A DNA stretch of 64,000 nucleotides from Acidobacteriota bacterium (GCA_029263335.1 JAJCXS010000299.1:1599-65598); one strand, 5' to 3'. Numbered from the stretch's first letter, positions 1 to 9,872 are shown. Translations and numbers: made by a program. Notes: generated by a model from the letters alone, not told the origin.

Positions 1-94
1 GGACAACGCCGATGAGCGGCTTCGTATCCATGCGCCTCGCCACTGCCTCGGCGGCGGCGGCGAGGCGGGCGCCATGATCGTCTGGAGGGATCAT
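1..94 (-). CDS. Purine-nucleoside phosphorylase, N-terminal part (runs off window edge)
   Basis: Manual translation from ATG at 94 gives MIPPDDHGARLAAAAEAVARRMDTKPLIGVV, resembling the PNP N-terminus that precedes LGSG. Directly downstream of nupC and pdp on the same strand. Confidence 0.55.
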   Translation of the reverse strand, partial: MIPPDDHGARLAAAAEAVARRMDTKPLIGVV

Positions 95-114
95 CGAGTT
101 TTCTTACTGCCTTC

Positions 115-1494
115 TTAGAATCCGGACAGGAGCCCGGCCAGGGTGGCGGTGGAATAGGAGGCCATGGTGCCTGCCAGCATGGCCCAGGGACCAATGCGCG
201 CCAGGTCCGACTTGCGCGACGGTGCGAGGCCGCCGATGCCACCGATCTGAATCGCGATCGAGGCGAAGTTGGCGAAGCCGCACAGCGCGTACGAGGCGAT
301 GAGTTCGGATTTCGGCGACAGAGCGCCGGCGTCGACCATCTCCACCATACGGATGAAGCCGACGATCTCGGTGAGCACCAGCTTGGTGCCGAACAGCTCC
401 CCAACGCTGGCGGCCTCAGCCCATGGCACCCCCATGGTCCATGCGAGCGGCGCCAGCATGGCTCCCAGAATGCTCTCGAGCCGCATCGGCAGTTCGCCCG
501 GACCTCGAATGGCGAAGATCGCCCAAGCGACGGCCACGGTCAGTAGCACGCCGCCGAGCGCTCGTATCGAGGCGGTTCGCGACGGCCGCCACATGAGGAA
601 CCAGGCGATCAGCAGGCCGACCAGTGCCCCGGTCAGTCGCAGCATGCCGCCACCATCGAGAAACGCGCGCCCGGCGAGGCCGAGTCCGCCGTTGATTAGC
701 GAGATCAACGCCAGGAACGCTATCAGCATGCCGCCGATGTTCAGCGCCAGGGTGACCCCCTGAGAGGCTCCGCGGGCCGCCGCGTCGAGCACGTTGACAT
801 CGTCGGTCTGCACTTCGATCGAAACCACGCCGGCGGTCTTGGACGTCTCGGTCTCGGGGAAGATCAACTTCGCCATGATCAGTGAGGCCGGCGCGGCCAT
901 CACGCTTGCGGACAGCAGGTACTCAGCTCGCACGCCAATGCCGATGTAGGCCGCGAGCACGGCACCGGAAACGGTCGCGAAGCCGCCGGTCATGAGCGCC
1001 ATCAGTTCCGAGCGGGTCATCGAGGGCACATACGGCGCGATGATGATCGGCGCCTCGGTCTGTCCCATGAACACGTTGGCGGCGGCGGCCAGCGACTCCG
1101 ATCCGGAGACAGCCATCGCCTTATGCATACCGCGGGCCATCACCAGGACCACTCGCTGCATCAGTCCGATGAAATACAGGACCGAGAAGAACGAAGCGAT
1201 GAAGATGACGACGGGTAATACCTGGAACGCGAGGATGAATCCCGATTGCTCGGACGCCGCCAGCGGCCCGAAGACGAAATCCGAACCGGCGTCGGCGAAC
1301 TCGAGCAGCGCCGTGACGCCGTCGGCCAGCATCGAGAAGAGCGCTTGCCCGGGTGTCGTTTTGATGACGATGATCGCGAAGGCCAGCTGCAGACCGAAAC
1401 CCCAGACCAAGGTTCTGAGGTTCACCCGGGCCCGGTCTCGCGAGAGCAGATAGGCGGTGCCGTAGAGAACGACCAGGCCGAGTAGCCCGATCAT
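115..1494 (-). CDS. nupC: Concentrative nucleoside transporter (CNT, NupC family)
   Basis: Motifs GSDFVFG, FAFQVLP, ANVFMGQTEAP, GGFATVSG, ALCGFANFASIAIQIGG; 4-bp overlap with pdp. Confidence 0.95.
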   Translation of the reverse strand: MIGLLGLVVLYGTAYLLSRDRARVNLRTLVWGFGLQLAFAIIVIKTTPGQALFSMLADGVTALLEFADAGSDFVFGPLAASEQSGFILAFQVLPVVIFIASFFSVLYFIGLMQRVVLVMARGMHKAMAVSGSESLAAAANVFMGQTEAPIIIAPYVPSMTRSELMALMTGGFATVSGAVLAAYIGIGVRAEYLLSASVMAAPASLIMAKLIFPETETSKTAGVVSIEVQTDDVNVLDAAARGASQGVTLALNIGGMLIAFLALISLINGGLGLAGRAFLDGGGMLRLTGALVGLLIAWFLMWRPSRTASIRALGGVLLTVAVAWAIFAIRGPGELPMRLESILGAMLAPLAWTMGVPWAEAASVGELFGTKLVLTEIVGFIRMVEMVDAGALSPKSELIASYALCGFANFASIAIQIGGIGGLAPSRKSDLARIGPWAMLAGTMASYSTATLAGLLSGF

Positions 1495-2783
1495 CGAATG
1501 TGCTCATGAATCAAGGGAGGTGCCTCCAGCGGGTCGTCGGAAATGGTCAGCGCAGCATGCACGAGGTTGAGCGCTCGGTCCACGTCGGCACCGGCCCCGT
1601 GATGCAGGGACAGCCACTCCTCGCCGGTGCGCACCTCATCGCCGAGGCGCTTATCGACGATCAGGCCTGCCGTGGGGTCGATGACGTCGTCGAGTGTGTC
1701 GCGCCCGGCACGCAGTGCGATCGCCGCCAGCCCCAGCGCACGACAGTCGATCGCCGCGATGTATCCGTCGGTAGCCGCGGTGACGCTGGTCCGACTTGCT
1801 GCCCGTGGCAGGCCGCCGCGGTCAACGCGGCCGGCGTCGCCGCCTTGTGCCTCGACCATGGCCAGGAATCGTTCGCGGGCGGAGCCGTCGTCGAGTAGCT
1901 GTTCGAGGCGCGCGCGTCCTTCGCCGGCGAGGCCCGCCAGGCGCAACATCTCGGCGCCAAGCACCAGCACGAGCTCGCGCAAGTCGTCGGGCCCACCGCC
2001 TGACAGGCATTGCATCGATTCTTCCACCTCGAGCGTATTGCCGATGGCGCAACCGAGCGGCTGGTTCATGTCGGTGATCAATGCCGAGCACGCCACGTGC
2101 GACTCGCTTGCTACCGCGCGCAGTCGCGTCGCCAGGGCGCGAGCGGCCTCAAGATCGGCGAAGAACGCGCCGGAGCCCACCTTGACATCGAGCACGAGGG
2201 CGCGCGCACCCTCGGCGATCTTCTTGCTCAGTATGCTGGCGGTAATGAGACCGCTGTCGTCCACCGTGCCGGTGGCATCACGCAGCGCGTACAGCAGGCG
2301 GTCAGCAGGAACGAGAGCCTCGGTCTGTGCGCCCATGGCGAAGCCCAGTTTCTCCACGACGGCGCGGAAACGTGCTGCGGACAGCGTCGTGCGCAGTCCG
2401 GGAATCGACTCGAGTTTGTCCAGCGTCCCGCCGGTGTGTCCCAGTCCGCGTCCCGAGATCATCGGAATCGTGGCTCCGGCAGCCGCGACGAGGGGCGCGA
2501 GAATCAGACTCACCTTGTCACCGACCCCCCCCGTGCTGTGCTTGTCGACAGCCAGTCCGGTGGGCGGCGTCCAGGTGTAGCTATCGCCCGAGTCCACCAT
2601 CGCGCGCGTGAGCAGCGCGGCTTCGGATGCGTCGAGACCTCGCCAGCGGATCGCCATCAGCAGCGCCGCCATCTGGTAGTCGGGAACGTCGCCGCGAATG
2701 TATGCGCCCACGGCCCACCGGATCTCTTCGGAGGAGAGAGCCCGGCCGATCTTCTTCGCCTCGATGAGGTCCAGGATTCGCAT
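1491..2783 (-). CDS. pdp: Pyrimidine-nucleoside/thymidine phosphorylase
   Basis: DKHSTGGVGDK, SGRGLGHTGGTLDKLESIPG, SILSKK, LDVKVGSG. Start placed at MRILDLIEAKK (ATG 2783). Confidence 0.95.
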   Translation of the reverse strand: MRILDLIEAKKIGRALSSEEIRWAVGAYIRGDVPDYQMAALLMAIRWRGLDASEAALLTRAMVDSGDSYTWTPPTGLAVDKHSTGGVGDKVSLILAPLVAAAGATIPMISGRGLGHTGGTLDKLESIPGLRTTLSAARFRAVVEKLGFAMGAQTEALVPADRLLYALRDATGTVDDSGLITASILSKKIAEGARALVLDVKVGSGAFFADLEAARALATRLRAVASESHVACSALITDMNQPLGCAIGNTLEVEESMQCLSGGGPDDLRELVLVLGAEMLRLAGLAGEGRARLEQLLDDGSARERFLAMVEAQGGDAGRVDRGGLPRAASRTSVTAATDGYIAAIDCRALGLAAIALRAGRDTLDDVIDPTAGLIVDKRLGDEVRTGEEWLSLHHGAGADVDRALNLVHAALTISDDPLEAPPLIHEHIR

Positions 2784-3064
2784 CTCGTCAGTAGCCTCGT
2801 GCGGAGGGTGCGGGTTCGCGCGGGGGGCTCGTGCAGTGGCACTCGGACGGCCGGCAAGTCTAGCAGGCCAGGGGTGATACTTGACCTGGGCCGGCGCGCC
2901 AAGTCGGGAGGCGCGGCGGTTATGTGCGGCCCGGCCGGGGAAAAAGGTCGGTACCAACCGCGTTTGAGCATGTCCGCGGGGCTGTGCTAGCCTAGGCGCA
3001 GGCTCCTCCGCAATCCCCACTAGAGCATCGTGGCGGCGTTGTGCCGCTACTCCTCGGGCGCACT

Positions 3065-4249
3065 GTGAAGACTCGATTCCTGCTGGCCCTCGTTGTGGTG
3101 TTTGCTGCGGCGAGCCGACTCGTCGCGGCTCCCCAAGACCTCGAAGTGCGCATTCTCGCGCCCGAGAACGACACCTACGTTACCGGTCAGGTAATGATCA
3201 GGGTCGAAGTTGTGCCGGTGGGCGCGACCGCCATTGATCGGCTGACGTTCAAGGTGGACGGCGCGGTTCTGGGCGTGCTCGAGGCAGCCCCCTGGGAGAT
3301 GCCCTGGGATGCGGGCGAGGAATTCGATCAGCACGTCGTTGAGGTCGAGGTCGTGGACGCGGTGGGGCGTCAGGCCAACGACATCATCCTTACGCGCGAT
3401 CTCGAAACCGCCGTGTTCCGGGCCGAAGTCAACGCGGTGCTTGTCTATGCCACCGCCGTGGATGGCCGAGGCCGTTACGTGGCGGGGCTGGAGCGCGACG
3501 ACTTCGAGATCTACGAGGACGGCAAGAAGCAGACGATCACCAATTTCTCGTCCGAGCCCCGGCCGATGGTTGTCGGCATGTTGATCGATACGTCGGGCAG
3601 CATGGAGGGCGCGAAGTTCCAGCGCGCTCGCCAGGGAGCCCTGGCGTTTATCGATCAGATCGGAACCGGTGACGAGGCGTTCGTCATGTCCTTCGATTCG
3701 TTCCCGATGCTGCTACAAGATCTCACCAGCAACCACGCCCTCCTGCGCGAGTCGGTCAGTGAGCTCGTGCTCGGCGGCGCGACGGCGATGAATCTGGCGG
3801 TCGTCGAGGGGGCGGACATCCTTGCCGAGCGGCCCGAGAGACGCGCGCTGATCGTGCTCTCGGACGGCTATGACAGCACCGCTACGGTGACCGTCGATCA
3901 GGCGGTTGACTATGCACGACGGTTGGACACGCGGGTGTATACCATCGGGATCTTCGGCGCCGAGGGAGGCGACCTCCGCGGCCGGCGATCATTCGACAGT
4001 TTCAATCCCGGCGAAGACGCTCTGCGGAGTTTCGCCGACGGTTCGGGCGGCCGTTCCATCATCCTCGATTCCCTTGGAGAGCTTCTTGAGGCCTATGAAG
4101 ACATCGCCAACGAACTCAAGAGTCAGTACGCGCTTGCGTACCGACCTGCAGAACCGGCCGAGCCGGGTGAGTGGCGCGAGATTGAGATTCGCGCCAAAGG
4201 TGCCAAAGAAGTTCGCACCAAGCCGGGTTACTACGGTGGCCAATATTAG
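3065..4249 (+). CDS. Secreted Ig-like (Big) + VWA domain protein (acidobacterial VWFA-related type)
   Basis: Signal peptide; Ig-like segment VRILAP..VDG..APW..WD; VWA MIDAS motifs DTSGS, GGAT and LSDGYD; ELKSQYALAYRP...KPGYY tail. GTG start at 3065 is inferred. Confidence 0.85.
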   Translation: MKTRFLLALVVVFAAASRLVAAPQDLEVRILAPENDTYVTGQVMIRVEVVPVGATAIDRLTFKVDGAVLGVLEAAPWEMPWDAGEEFDQHVVEVEVVDAVGRQANDIILTRDLETAVFRAEVNAVLVYATAVDGRGRYVAGLERDDFEIYEDGKKQTITNFSSEPRPMVVGMLIDTSGSMEGAKFQRARQGALAFIDQIGTGDEAFVMSFDSFPMLLQDLTSNHALLRESVSELVLGGATAMNLAVVEGADILAERPERRALIVLSDGYDSTATVTVDQAVDYARRLDTRVYTIGIFGAEGGDLRGRRSFDSFNPGEDALRSFADGSGGRSIILDSLGELLEAYEDIANELKSQYALAYRPAEPAEPGEWREIEIRAKGAKEVRTKPGYYGGQY

Positions 4250-4793
4250 CCAGCTCACGGGTCGCCCGGCGTCTCTCGGGCGCTTGGCCGTCTTGGTCCT
4301 GACCGGAGTGCTGGCTTTGGCTCCGATCGCCGAGGCGACCGTGTTGCGCGGATTGACGGTTGCTCAACTGCGATCACGGGCTGAAGTCATCGCCGAAGGC
4401 AAAGTCGTCCAGGTGCGCACGATGCGCGCGAATGGACGCATCGAGACGGTCGCAGTTGTGCGCGTGCGCCAGCTTCACAAGGGTGAGGCCGGCCGTCGCC
4501 TACAGGTGCGGGCTTTCGGCGGGGAGATCGGTGGCCGCCGCATGATGGTGCAGGGCGCTGCGAGCTTTACCAAGGGCGATCGGGTGCTCCTGTTCCTCTA
4601 TGACGATGGAGATTCGTGGCGGTCGGTCGGCATGTTCCAAGGCGTGTGGCACCTCGACGCGGAGAGCGTTGTGGCGCGATCGAGCGATTCGGGCGGAGCC
4701 TCTCTGCTCCGGCCCGAGACCGGTAGCGCGGCCGTGGATCAGCGAGAGCACTCCGTCGCTAGGCTCCTCGGTGGCCATGGAGGGGACCGATGA
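4236..4793 (+). CDS. Secreted hypothetical protein resembling the N-terminal domain often fused to bacterial matrixins
   Basis: Signal peptide ending AEA; LTVAQLRSRAEVIAEGKV...GGEIGG...GAASFTKGDRVLLFL pattern; overlaps both neighbours. Start inferred at GTG 4236. Confidence 0.65.
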   Translation: MANISQLTGRPASLGRLAVLVLTGVLALAPIAEATVLRGLTVAQLRSRAEVIAEGKVVQVRTMRANGRIETVAVVRVRQLHKGEAGRRLQVRAFGGEIGGRRMMVQGAASFTKGDRVLLFLYDDGDSWRSVGMFQGVWHLDAESVVARSSDSGGASLLRPETGSAAVDQREHSVARLLGGHGGDR

Positions 4794-5791
4794 AGACTCT
4801 AGGCCGCGGTATCTCGGTTGGCATGGGGATCTTGCTGATCGTCGTGGCGGCTTCGCCAGCGACCGGGTACGTGCCCAACACGGTCGACTTCGTGAGCGGC
4901 CAGGCGGTAACCACGCACTGGTCGGACGCCGACTTCCCGATCCCCGTGAGGGTCACACCGGGACTGACCACTGACGTCAGCGGCGGCAGTGACCGGAGCG
5001 CTTTCGAAGCGGCGCTGGCGACATGGTCTGGCGTCGCCGGTTCGAGCGCGGGCGTGTTTCTCGAGCGCGAGCAGGCGGTCGAGGCCGGCGTGGTCGATGG
5101 CATCAACGCCGTCGAATTCTCCAACGACCCATCCCTCGACGGCGCCCAGTTCGTGGCGATCACTTTCGCTCTGACCAATAGCGACGGCCGCATTATCGAA
5201 TCGGACATGCTGGTGAACGATCGCGGGGTTGGCTTCACGACGAGCGCCGGCTCCGACGTGGGTCTCGACTTCGAGACCGCGATGCTCAAGGAAATCGGCA
5301 AGTTCCTCGGTCTCGCCAACTCTCCGGTGGGCGGGTTTTCTGCCGATCAGACGATCGATGAGACATCGGCGGTGATGTACGCGTTGGCACGCGGAATTGG
5401 CGAAACGGCGCGTGCTTTGCGCATCGATGACATTGCCGGAATGCGCGCCATGTATCCGGCGCCGGGCGGCTCGTTCGCCTCGATCAGCGGAACGATAACG
5501 AGTGCCGGAAGCCCGGTCTTTGGTGCCCAGGTTGTGGTGCACGACCCGATTGCCGACGTGCTCGTGGGCGCGTTGACTCTGCCGGATGGCACTTACCGTA
5601 TCGACGGTCTTCCGGCCGGCCGATACCTGATGGAGGTGCTGCCTTTTACTGCGCCGGTGGTCCCGGCGGCGATCGGTGGTATCTACGCGCGGGACGACGT
5701 GAATACGAACTTCCAGCGGCAGTTCTTTGAAGTTACGGTACGGCTCGGTGCGGGCGAGAACGCCTCCGGTCTGAACTTGGAGGTGAGCTAA
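4790..5791 (+). CDS. Matrixin (M10 metzincin)-fold protein with C-terminal carboxypeptidase-regulatory-like domain; zinc ligands absent
   Basis: AALATW, DGINAVEF, GRIIESDMLVND, Met-turn AVMY, DDIAGMRAMYP, then ISGTI..GAQV..DGTYRIDGLPAGRY. The zinc motif reads KEIGKFLGLAN. Confidence 0.8.
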   Translation: MKTLGRGISVGMGILLIVVAASPATGYVPNTVDFVSGQAVTTHWSDADFPIPVRVTPGLTTDVSGGSDRSAFEAALATWSGVAGSSAGVFLEREQAVEAGVVDGINAVEFSNDPSLDGAQFVAITFALTNSDGRIIESDMLVNDRGVGFTTSAGSDVGLDFETAMLKEIGKFLGLANSPVGGFSADQTIDETSAVMYALARGIGETARALRIDDIAGMRAMYPAPGGSFASISGTITSAGSPVFGAQVVVHDPIADVLVGALTLPDGTYRIDGLPAGRYLMEVLPFTAPVVPAAIGGIYARDDVNTNFQRQFFEVTVRLGAGENASGLNLEVS

Positions 5792-6516
5792 TGCGTGCAA
5801 CCCGAGTGATGATCGCGCTGTTGCTCGCGCTTGCCCTCCCGGGCCTTGCCTGGGCTCAGGAGGCTGATTCGACACCAGCCCAAGCTGAGGAGGCGGGAGG
5901 GGAGACGTCTCGCTACGACAACCCCGATGCCGGCTGGGAGAGTCGACGGTTCCATGTAGGGGGCTTCTACGGCCGCCTCTCCGGAGGAACTGCCCTGGGG
6001 ACGATCGAGAACGTTTTCTTCCGTACCCAGGTCAACATGGATACGGACAACGCCTTCGGGTTTCGTGTCGGCTGGTCGGCCACTGCCCGCTTCGATGTCG
6101 AGCTGGAGTACGGCAGTTCCTCGCCGGGGCTGCTGGCGACGCTGACGGATCTGCGCGGCCAGGGCAAGACCGAGGTGCCGTTCGCGGATCTCGACATGAC
6201 GTGGGTGACCGCGTCGGTGAACTACTCGATGATCGAGCGTACCCGCCGGATCGTGCCCTACCTGACGGTCGGCCTCGGCATCGTGTCGGTGAGTTCCGAT
6301 GCCGAGGGCATTGTCGATGCGACCCAGCCGGGGCTGGTGTTTGGCGGTGGACTGCGGATAAGGCTCGTCGACCAGATCGCACTGCGGGCCGATGCGCGAG
6401 GCTTGCGCTCGGGCTTCGGTACGAAGCAGGAGGACGACGCCTTGCCGGGAGTGTTCATCGGCGAGTTCAACGCGTCCAACTTCCTCTGGACCCTCGGCCT
6501 GGACATTCGCTTCTGA
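5791..6516 (+). CDS. Outer-membrane beta-barrel protein (8-stranded OmpA/OmpW-like)
   Basis: Signal peptide; alternating amphipathic strands; PYLTVGLG; C-terminal Phe (LGLDIRF). Confidence 0.8.
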   Translation: MRATRVMIALLLALALPGLAWAQEADSTPAQAEEAGGETSRYDNPDAGWESRRFHVGGFYGRLSGGTALGTIENVFFRTQVNMDTDNAFGFRVGWSATARFDVELEYGSSSPGLLATLTDLRGQGKTEVPFADLDMTWVTASVNYSMIERTRRIVPYLTVGLGIVSVSSDAEGIVDATQPGLVFGGGLRIRLVDQIALRADARGLRSGFGTKQEDDALPGVFIGEFNASNFLWTLGLDIRF

Positions 6517-6534
6517 TCGTCGCGCGTCCGACAG

Positions 6535-7044
6535 CTACTCCTGGATCGGCCCGACTCCGAGCAGGTCCGTGAGTCGCTCCACGATCGTCCGTTCGATCAA
6601 TCCTCGGGAGCGCAGGACGCGGTAGTCGCCATCGAACCCCTCGATGCGGGTGGTCAGGTGTACGCGAGTGTTGCCGATTGCCGTTGGTCGAACGCTGGCA
6701 GTGACGATGTAGCGCCCGCGGGAAAAGGAGTTCTGGTTGCCCAGATAGGCGACCTCGTCGAGACGCTCGGCGGGGTCGCCGTTGTGGGTCAGAGGGATGT
6801 GGGCGCTCTCGAACAGGCAGGCGTCACCCTCGACGGTGTCCTTTCCCAGTGCGGTGCCGAGCTGGCGGATGGTGTGACGAACCTGAGCGCAGGTCGTGGC
6901 CAGCTCAGACGGAAAGACGACGACGGGGTTGAGCGGCTGGACCTCAGGCTCGCGCCAGGTCACCTGGCAGGCGAGCTGGGTTGCCAGGAGCGCCACGAGC
7001 AGCGCTGCAGCCGCACGTGAGCCGGGGTAACGGTACGGGTCCAT
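6535..7044 (-). CDS. Hypothetical lipoprotein (paralogue 2)
   Basis: Lipobox-like QLAC; shares CQ(V/I)TWREP, GRY, TRIEG and VLRSxGLIER with the upstream gene. Confidence 0.75.
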   Translation of the reverse strand: MDPYRYPGSRAAAALLVALLATQLACQVTWREPEVQPLNPVVVFPSELATTCAQVRHTIRQLGTALGKDTVEGDACLFESAHIPLTHNGDPAERLDEVAYLGNQNSFSRGRYIVTASVRPTAIGNTRVHLTTRIEGFDGDYRVLRSRGLIERTIVERLTDLLGVGPIQE

Positions 7045-7071
7045 ACGGGCTCGCGCGGACCTTCAGGGCGA

Positions 7072-7584
7072 CTAGCGCGCCTCTGCGGGGGGCGCACCAA
7101 CGCGGGTGCCGATGGCCTCAAAGACATTGCGCTCGATCAGACCGTTTGAGCGCAGCACCTGGTACCCGAACTCTTCGTTCACGTAGCCCTCGATGCGGGT
7201 CGACACCCGAACGCGGGTGCCACCGTTGCGCACATCGCGAGTCGTGACGGTCATGGTGTATCGGCCGCCAATGAACCCACCCGCACCGACCATGGCCACT
7301 CGCCTCAGGTGGTCCATCGGATCGTCGCCCTCGTCAGAGAAGACCCGAAACTCGGTATCGAGAAGGCAGGCGTTGTCCTCGCGCTGCACATCTTCCAGTT
7401 CCAAGCCCAGGTCCTGCACCACCTGCTCGGCAGCATCACAAGTGGCCCCGAACTCCGCGTCGTAGAACCGATTCGAGTTGAGCGGCTCGAGCACGGGTTC
7501 ACGCCATGTGATCTGACAGGCGCCCATGCTCAGCAGCAGCAGCGGGAGGAGGAGGCCACGCTGCGCGCCGCGACGAATTCGCAT
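7072..7584 (-). CDS. Hypothetical lipoprotein (paralogue 1)
   Basis: MRIRRGAQRGLLLPLLLLSMGAC signal/lipobox; colinear with 6535..7044. Confidence 0.75.
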   Translation of the reverse strand: MRIRRGAQRGLLLPLLLLSMGACQITWREPVLEPLNSNRFYDAEFGATCDAAEQVVQDLGLELEDVQREDNACLLDTEFRVFSDEGDDPMDHLRRVAMVGAGGFIGGRYTMTVTTRDVRNGGTRVRVSTRIEGYVNEEFGYQVLRSNGLIERNVFEAIGTRVGAPPAEAR

Positions 7585-7631
7585 CAGTGATGTTTCCGGT
7601 CCAGGGGTGTGGGACAACGTGAGGTCAGGGA

Positions 7632-7793
7632 TTACTCGAGGTCTTCGTCGGAGCCGCCGCGCATGGCGGCCTTGAAGTTCTGGATACCGCGACCCAGGCC
7701 GGCGCCGACTTGCGGCAACTTCCGGGCTCCGAATAGGAGCATCACGATCACAAGGATCAGTAGCAGTTCAGTCGGTCCGAGGGAGCCGAGCAT
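7632..7793 (-). CDS. tatA: Twin-arginine translocase subunit TatA/E (53 aa, not in supplied ORF track)
   Basis: Manual translation [53 protein letters not shown]; GGAGGT RBS upstream. Confidence 0.93.
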   Translation of the reverse strand: MLGSLGPTELLLILVIVMLLFGARKLPQVGAGLGRGIQNFKAAMRGGSDEDLE

Positions 7794-7825
7794 GGGGTAA
7801 ACCTCCAGAGAGCCTCAATAGAGCG

Positions 7826-7855
7826 ATGATAGGCAATTGGCCGAAGTCAGGTCAA
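7826..7855 (-). promoter_or_regulatory. Putative sigma70 promoter for tatA operon
   Basis: Minus strand TTGACC-N18-TATCAT. Confidence 0.55.
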
Positions 7856-7942
7856 CGACGAGACCCTCGCCACTATGGTACGCGAAACGGGTATACGACG
7901 GTGGTCCAGCCGCAGTGCGTCCCGACTGGAGACACCCGGAAA

Positions 7943-9859
7943 TCAGTTGAGGACGCGTCGGTCGCCTGCCCGCCGGGTCACGAGGGCGGCGTCCAGGTGT
8001 TCGAGCAGAGGAATGGAGTGTTTGCGGCTCAGCCCCGTCCAGCCCTTGAAATCGCCGATGGTGAATTCGGCACCAGTACCGACGCGGGTGCCGAGGTCGA
8101 TGATGAGTTTGTCGATGGCGCGTTGGGCGACCACGTATTGGTCCGTAACACGCGTCAGATGACCTTCACGCAGTGCGAGATGAAACAGTTCGCGGGCCAG
8201 CTCCGCATCGTCGCAGGCGCCGAGGATCTGGTCGACGGGGCTCGGGGCCAGACCACCACGAGTGAACGCGTCCATGAGCTGGTCGCGCATCGCCAACACG
8301 TCACCGGTCACGGCCACCTGGTGATCGGCGAGAGCAAGATGAGCTCCGGCGGTGGTGACCTGGTCACTACCGACCAGGTCGTCGATGACGGCAGTCAGCA
8401 CGGCGTCCGGCAATCCTGCGGCGACCGCGTTGCGCAGGTTTTCCCGATCCATTCCCGGTCGTAGTGGATGCTCTTGGTGATAGCCGGCAAGGGTAGTGAG
8501 GGCCGCGTCCTGCACCCGGTCAAGAACGCGCCTCGCGACAAGTTGACGGGGCGTGCCGGCGAGGACAGCGATGTCACCGTGGGTCAGCACCGCAGCCATG
8601 CTGGCGGCGAAAGCCGCCGAACTTTGCCCCGAGCGCCGAGCGAGGGTCGGCTCGTCAAGCCCTCGGTCGCCCGCTGCGAGGATCCAGTGGTGCAGCCGTT
8701 CGCTGCTGTCGACACCATCCAGGCGCCGGACAGACTCGACGGCGACGCCGCCGCGTCGGCGCTTACCCGGGTGCGGATCAAGAACCTCCGCCCCGGCGAT
8801 GGTGACCAGCGGAGAGTACCGTCGGAGCACGATGCGGTCGCCAGGGATCGCTGGGTAGCGAGCTTCGAGGCGGAGCTGGCAGTAGGCGGATCCTCCCGGC
8901 GGCACCTCGTCGCCCGCCAGCAGCGCCCCCCGGGCCAGCAGTTCGGCGGCGCCATGGTGAAAGCGCACGCGTTGCAGGTGAGTTACCGCGAAGCCGGGCA
9001 GCGTTTCGAGCCGAACGTCGAGCACGTGGCTTGCTTGCAGCTGTCCGGGGCGCGTCAGCATCATGCCGCGGCTGACCTCGCCGGTTTGCACGCCGTGAAG
9101 GTTAAGCGCCACACGCTGTCCGGCGCGGGCGCAGGAAGCCTCTGCGCCGTGAACCTGAATGCCGCGGACCGTGACCTGCGACTCTCCTGGCAACATATCG
9201 AGCCGGTCGCCGGTCTCGATCTGCCCGGCCAGCAGGGTGCCGGTGACCACGGTGCCGAACCCGTGAATCGTGAAGACACGGTCGATCGGCAACCTCGTCG
9301 CATCGTCGCTGGCGCGTTCCGGTTGTGCGAGAAGTATCTGCGCGAGCGCTTCGCGCAGTTCCTCCAAGCCGGCGCCGGTGAGCGCGCTGGTGCGGACAAT
9401 CGGGGCTTCCTGTAGTGCCGTGCCCTCGAGCAGTTCGCTAACTTCGAGCTCGGCCAGCTCGGCGAGCTCAGAATCGACCAGGTCGCACTTGGTGAGCGCG
9501 ACGACACCGCCGCGAACTCCCAACAACTCGCAGATCGCCAGGTGTTCTCGCGTCTGCGGCATGACCGACTCGTCGGCCGCCACCACCAGGATTACAGCAT
9601 CGATGCCACCGATGCCGGCCAGCATGTTCTTCACAAAGCGTTCGTGACCGGGGACGTCCACAAAGCCGACATGAAGGCCGGCAAACTGACTGTCTGCGAA
9701 GCCCAGGTCAATGGTGATGCCTCGATCCTTCTCTTCCTGAAGGCGGTCGGGATCGGTGCCAGTCAGTGCCTGGACGAGCGCACTCTTGCCGTGGTCGATA
9801 TGTCCTGCCGTGCCGACGATTCGGTAACGGGCGCTGGCGTCGCTGGTGGGGTCGGGCAC
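7943..9859 (-). CDS. selB: Selenocysteine-specific translation elongation factor
   Basis: [43 protein letters not shown]-terminal winged-helix [17 protein letters not shown] start at 9859 is inferred. Confidence 0.95.
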   Translation of the reverse strand: MPDPTSDASARYRIVGTAGHIDHGKSALVQALTGTDPDRLQEEKDRGITIDLGFADSQFAGLHVGFVDVPGHERFVKNMLAGIGGIDAVILVVAADESVMPQTREHLAICELLGVRGGVVALTKCDLVDSELAELAELEVSELLEGTALQEAPIVRTSALTGAGLEELREALAQILLAQPERASDDATRLPIDRVFTIHGFGTVVTGTLLAGQIETGDRLDMLPGESQVTVRGIQVHGAEASCARAGQRVALNLHGVQTGEVSRGMMLTRPGQLQASHVLDVRLETLPGFAVTHLQRVRFHHGAAELLARGALLAGDEVPPGGSAYCQLRLEARYPAIPGDRIVLRRYSPLVTIAGAEVLDPHPGKRRRGGVAVESVRRLDGVDSSERLHHWILAAGDRGLDEPTLARRSGQSSAAFAASMAAVLTHGDIAVLAGTPRQLVARRVLDRVQDAALTTLAGYHQEHPLRPGMDRENLRNAVAAGLPDAVLTAVIDDLVGSDQVTTAGAHLALADHQVAVTGDVLAMRDQLMDAFTRGGLAPSPVDQILGACDDAELARELFHLALREGHLTRVTDQYVVAQRAIDKLIIDLGTRVGTGAEFTIGDFKGWTGLSRKHSIPLLEHLDAALVTRRAGDRRVLN

Positions 9860-9872
9860 GAATTTGAGTGGC

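Noticed and set aside
2784-3020. 79-aa N-terminal extension of pdp, or an ncRNA in this gap
   Set aside because: The extension is low-complexity, promoter-like hexamers occupy the gap, and no recognisable RNA motif is present.
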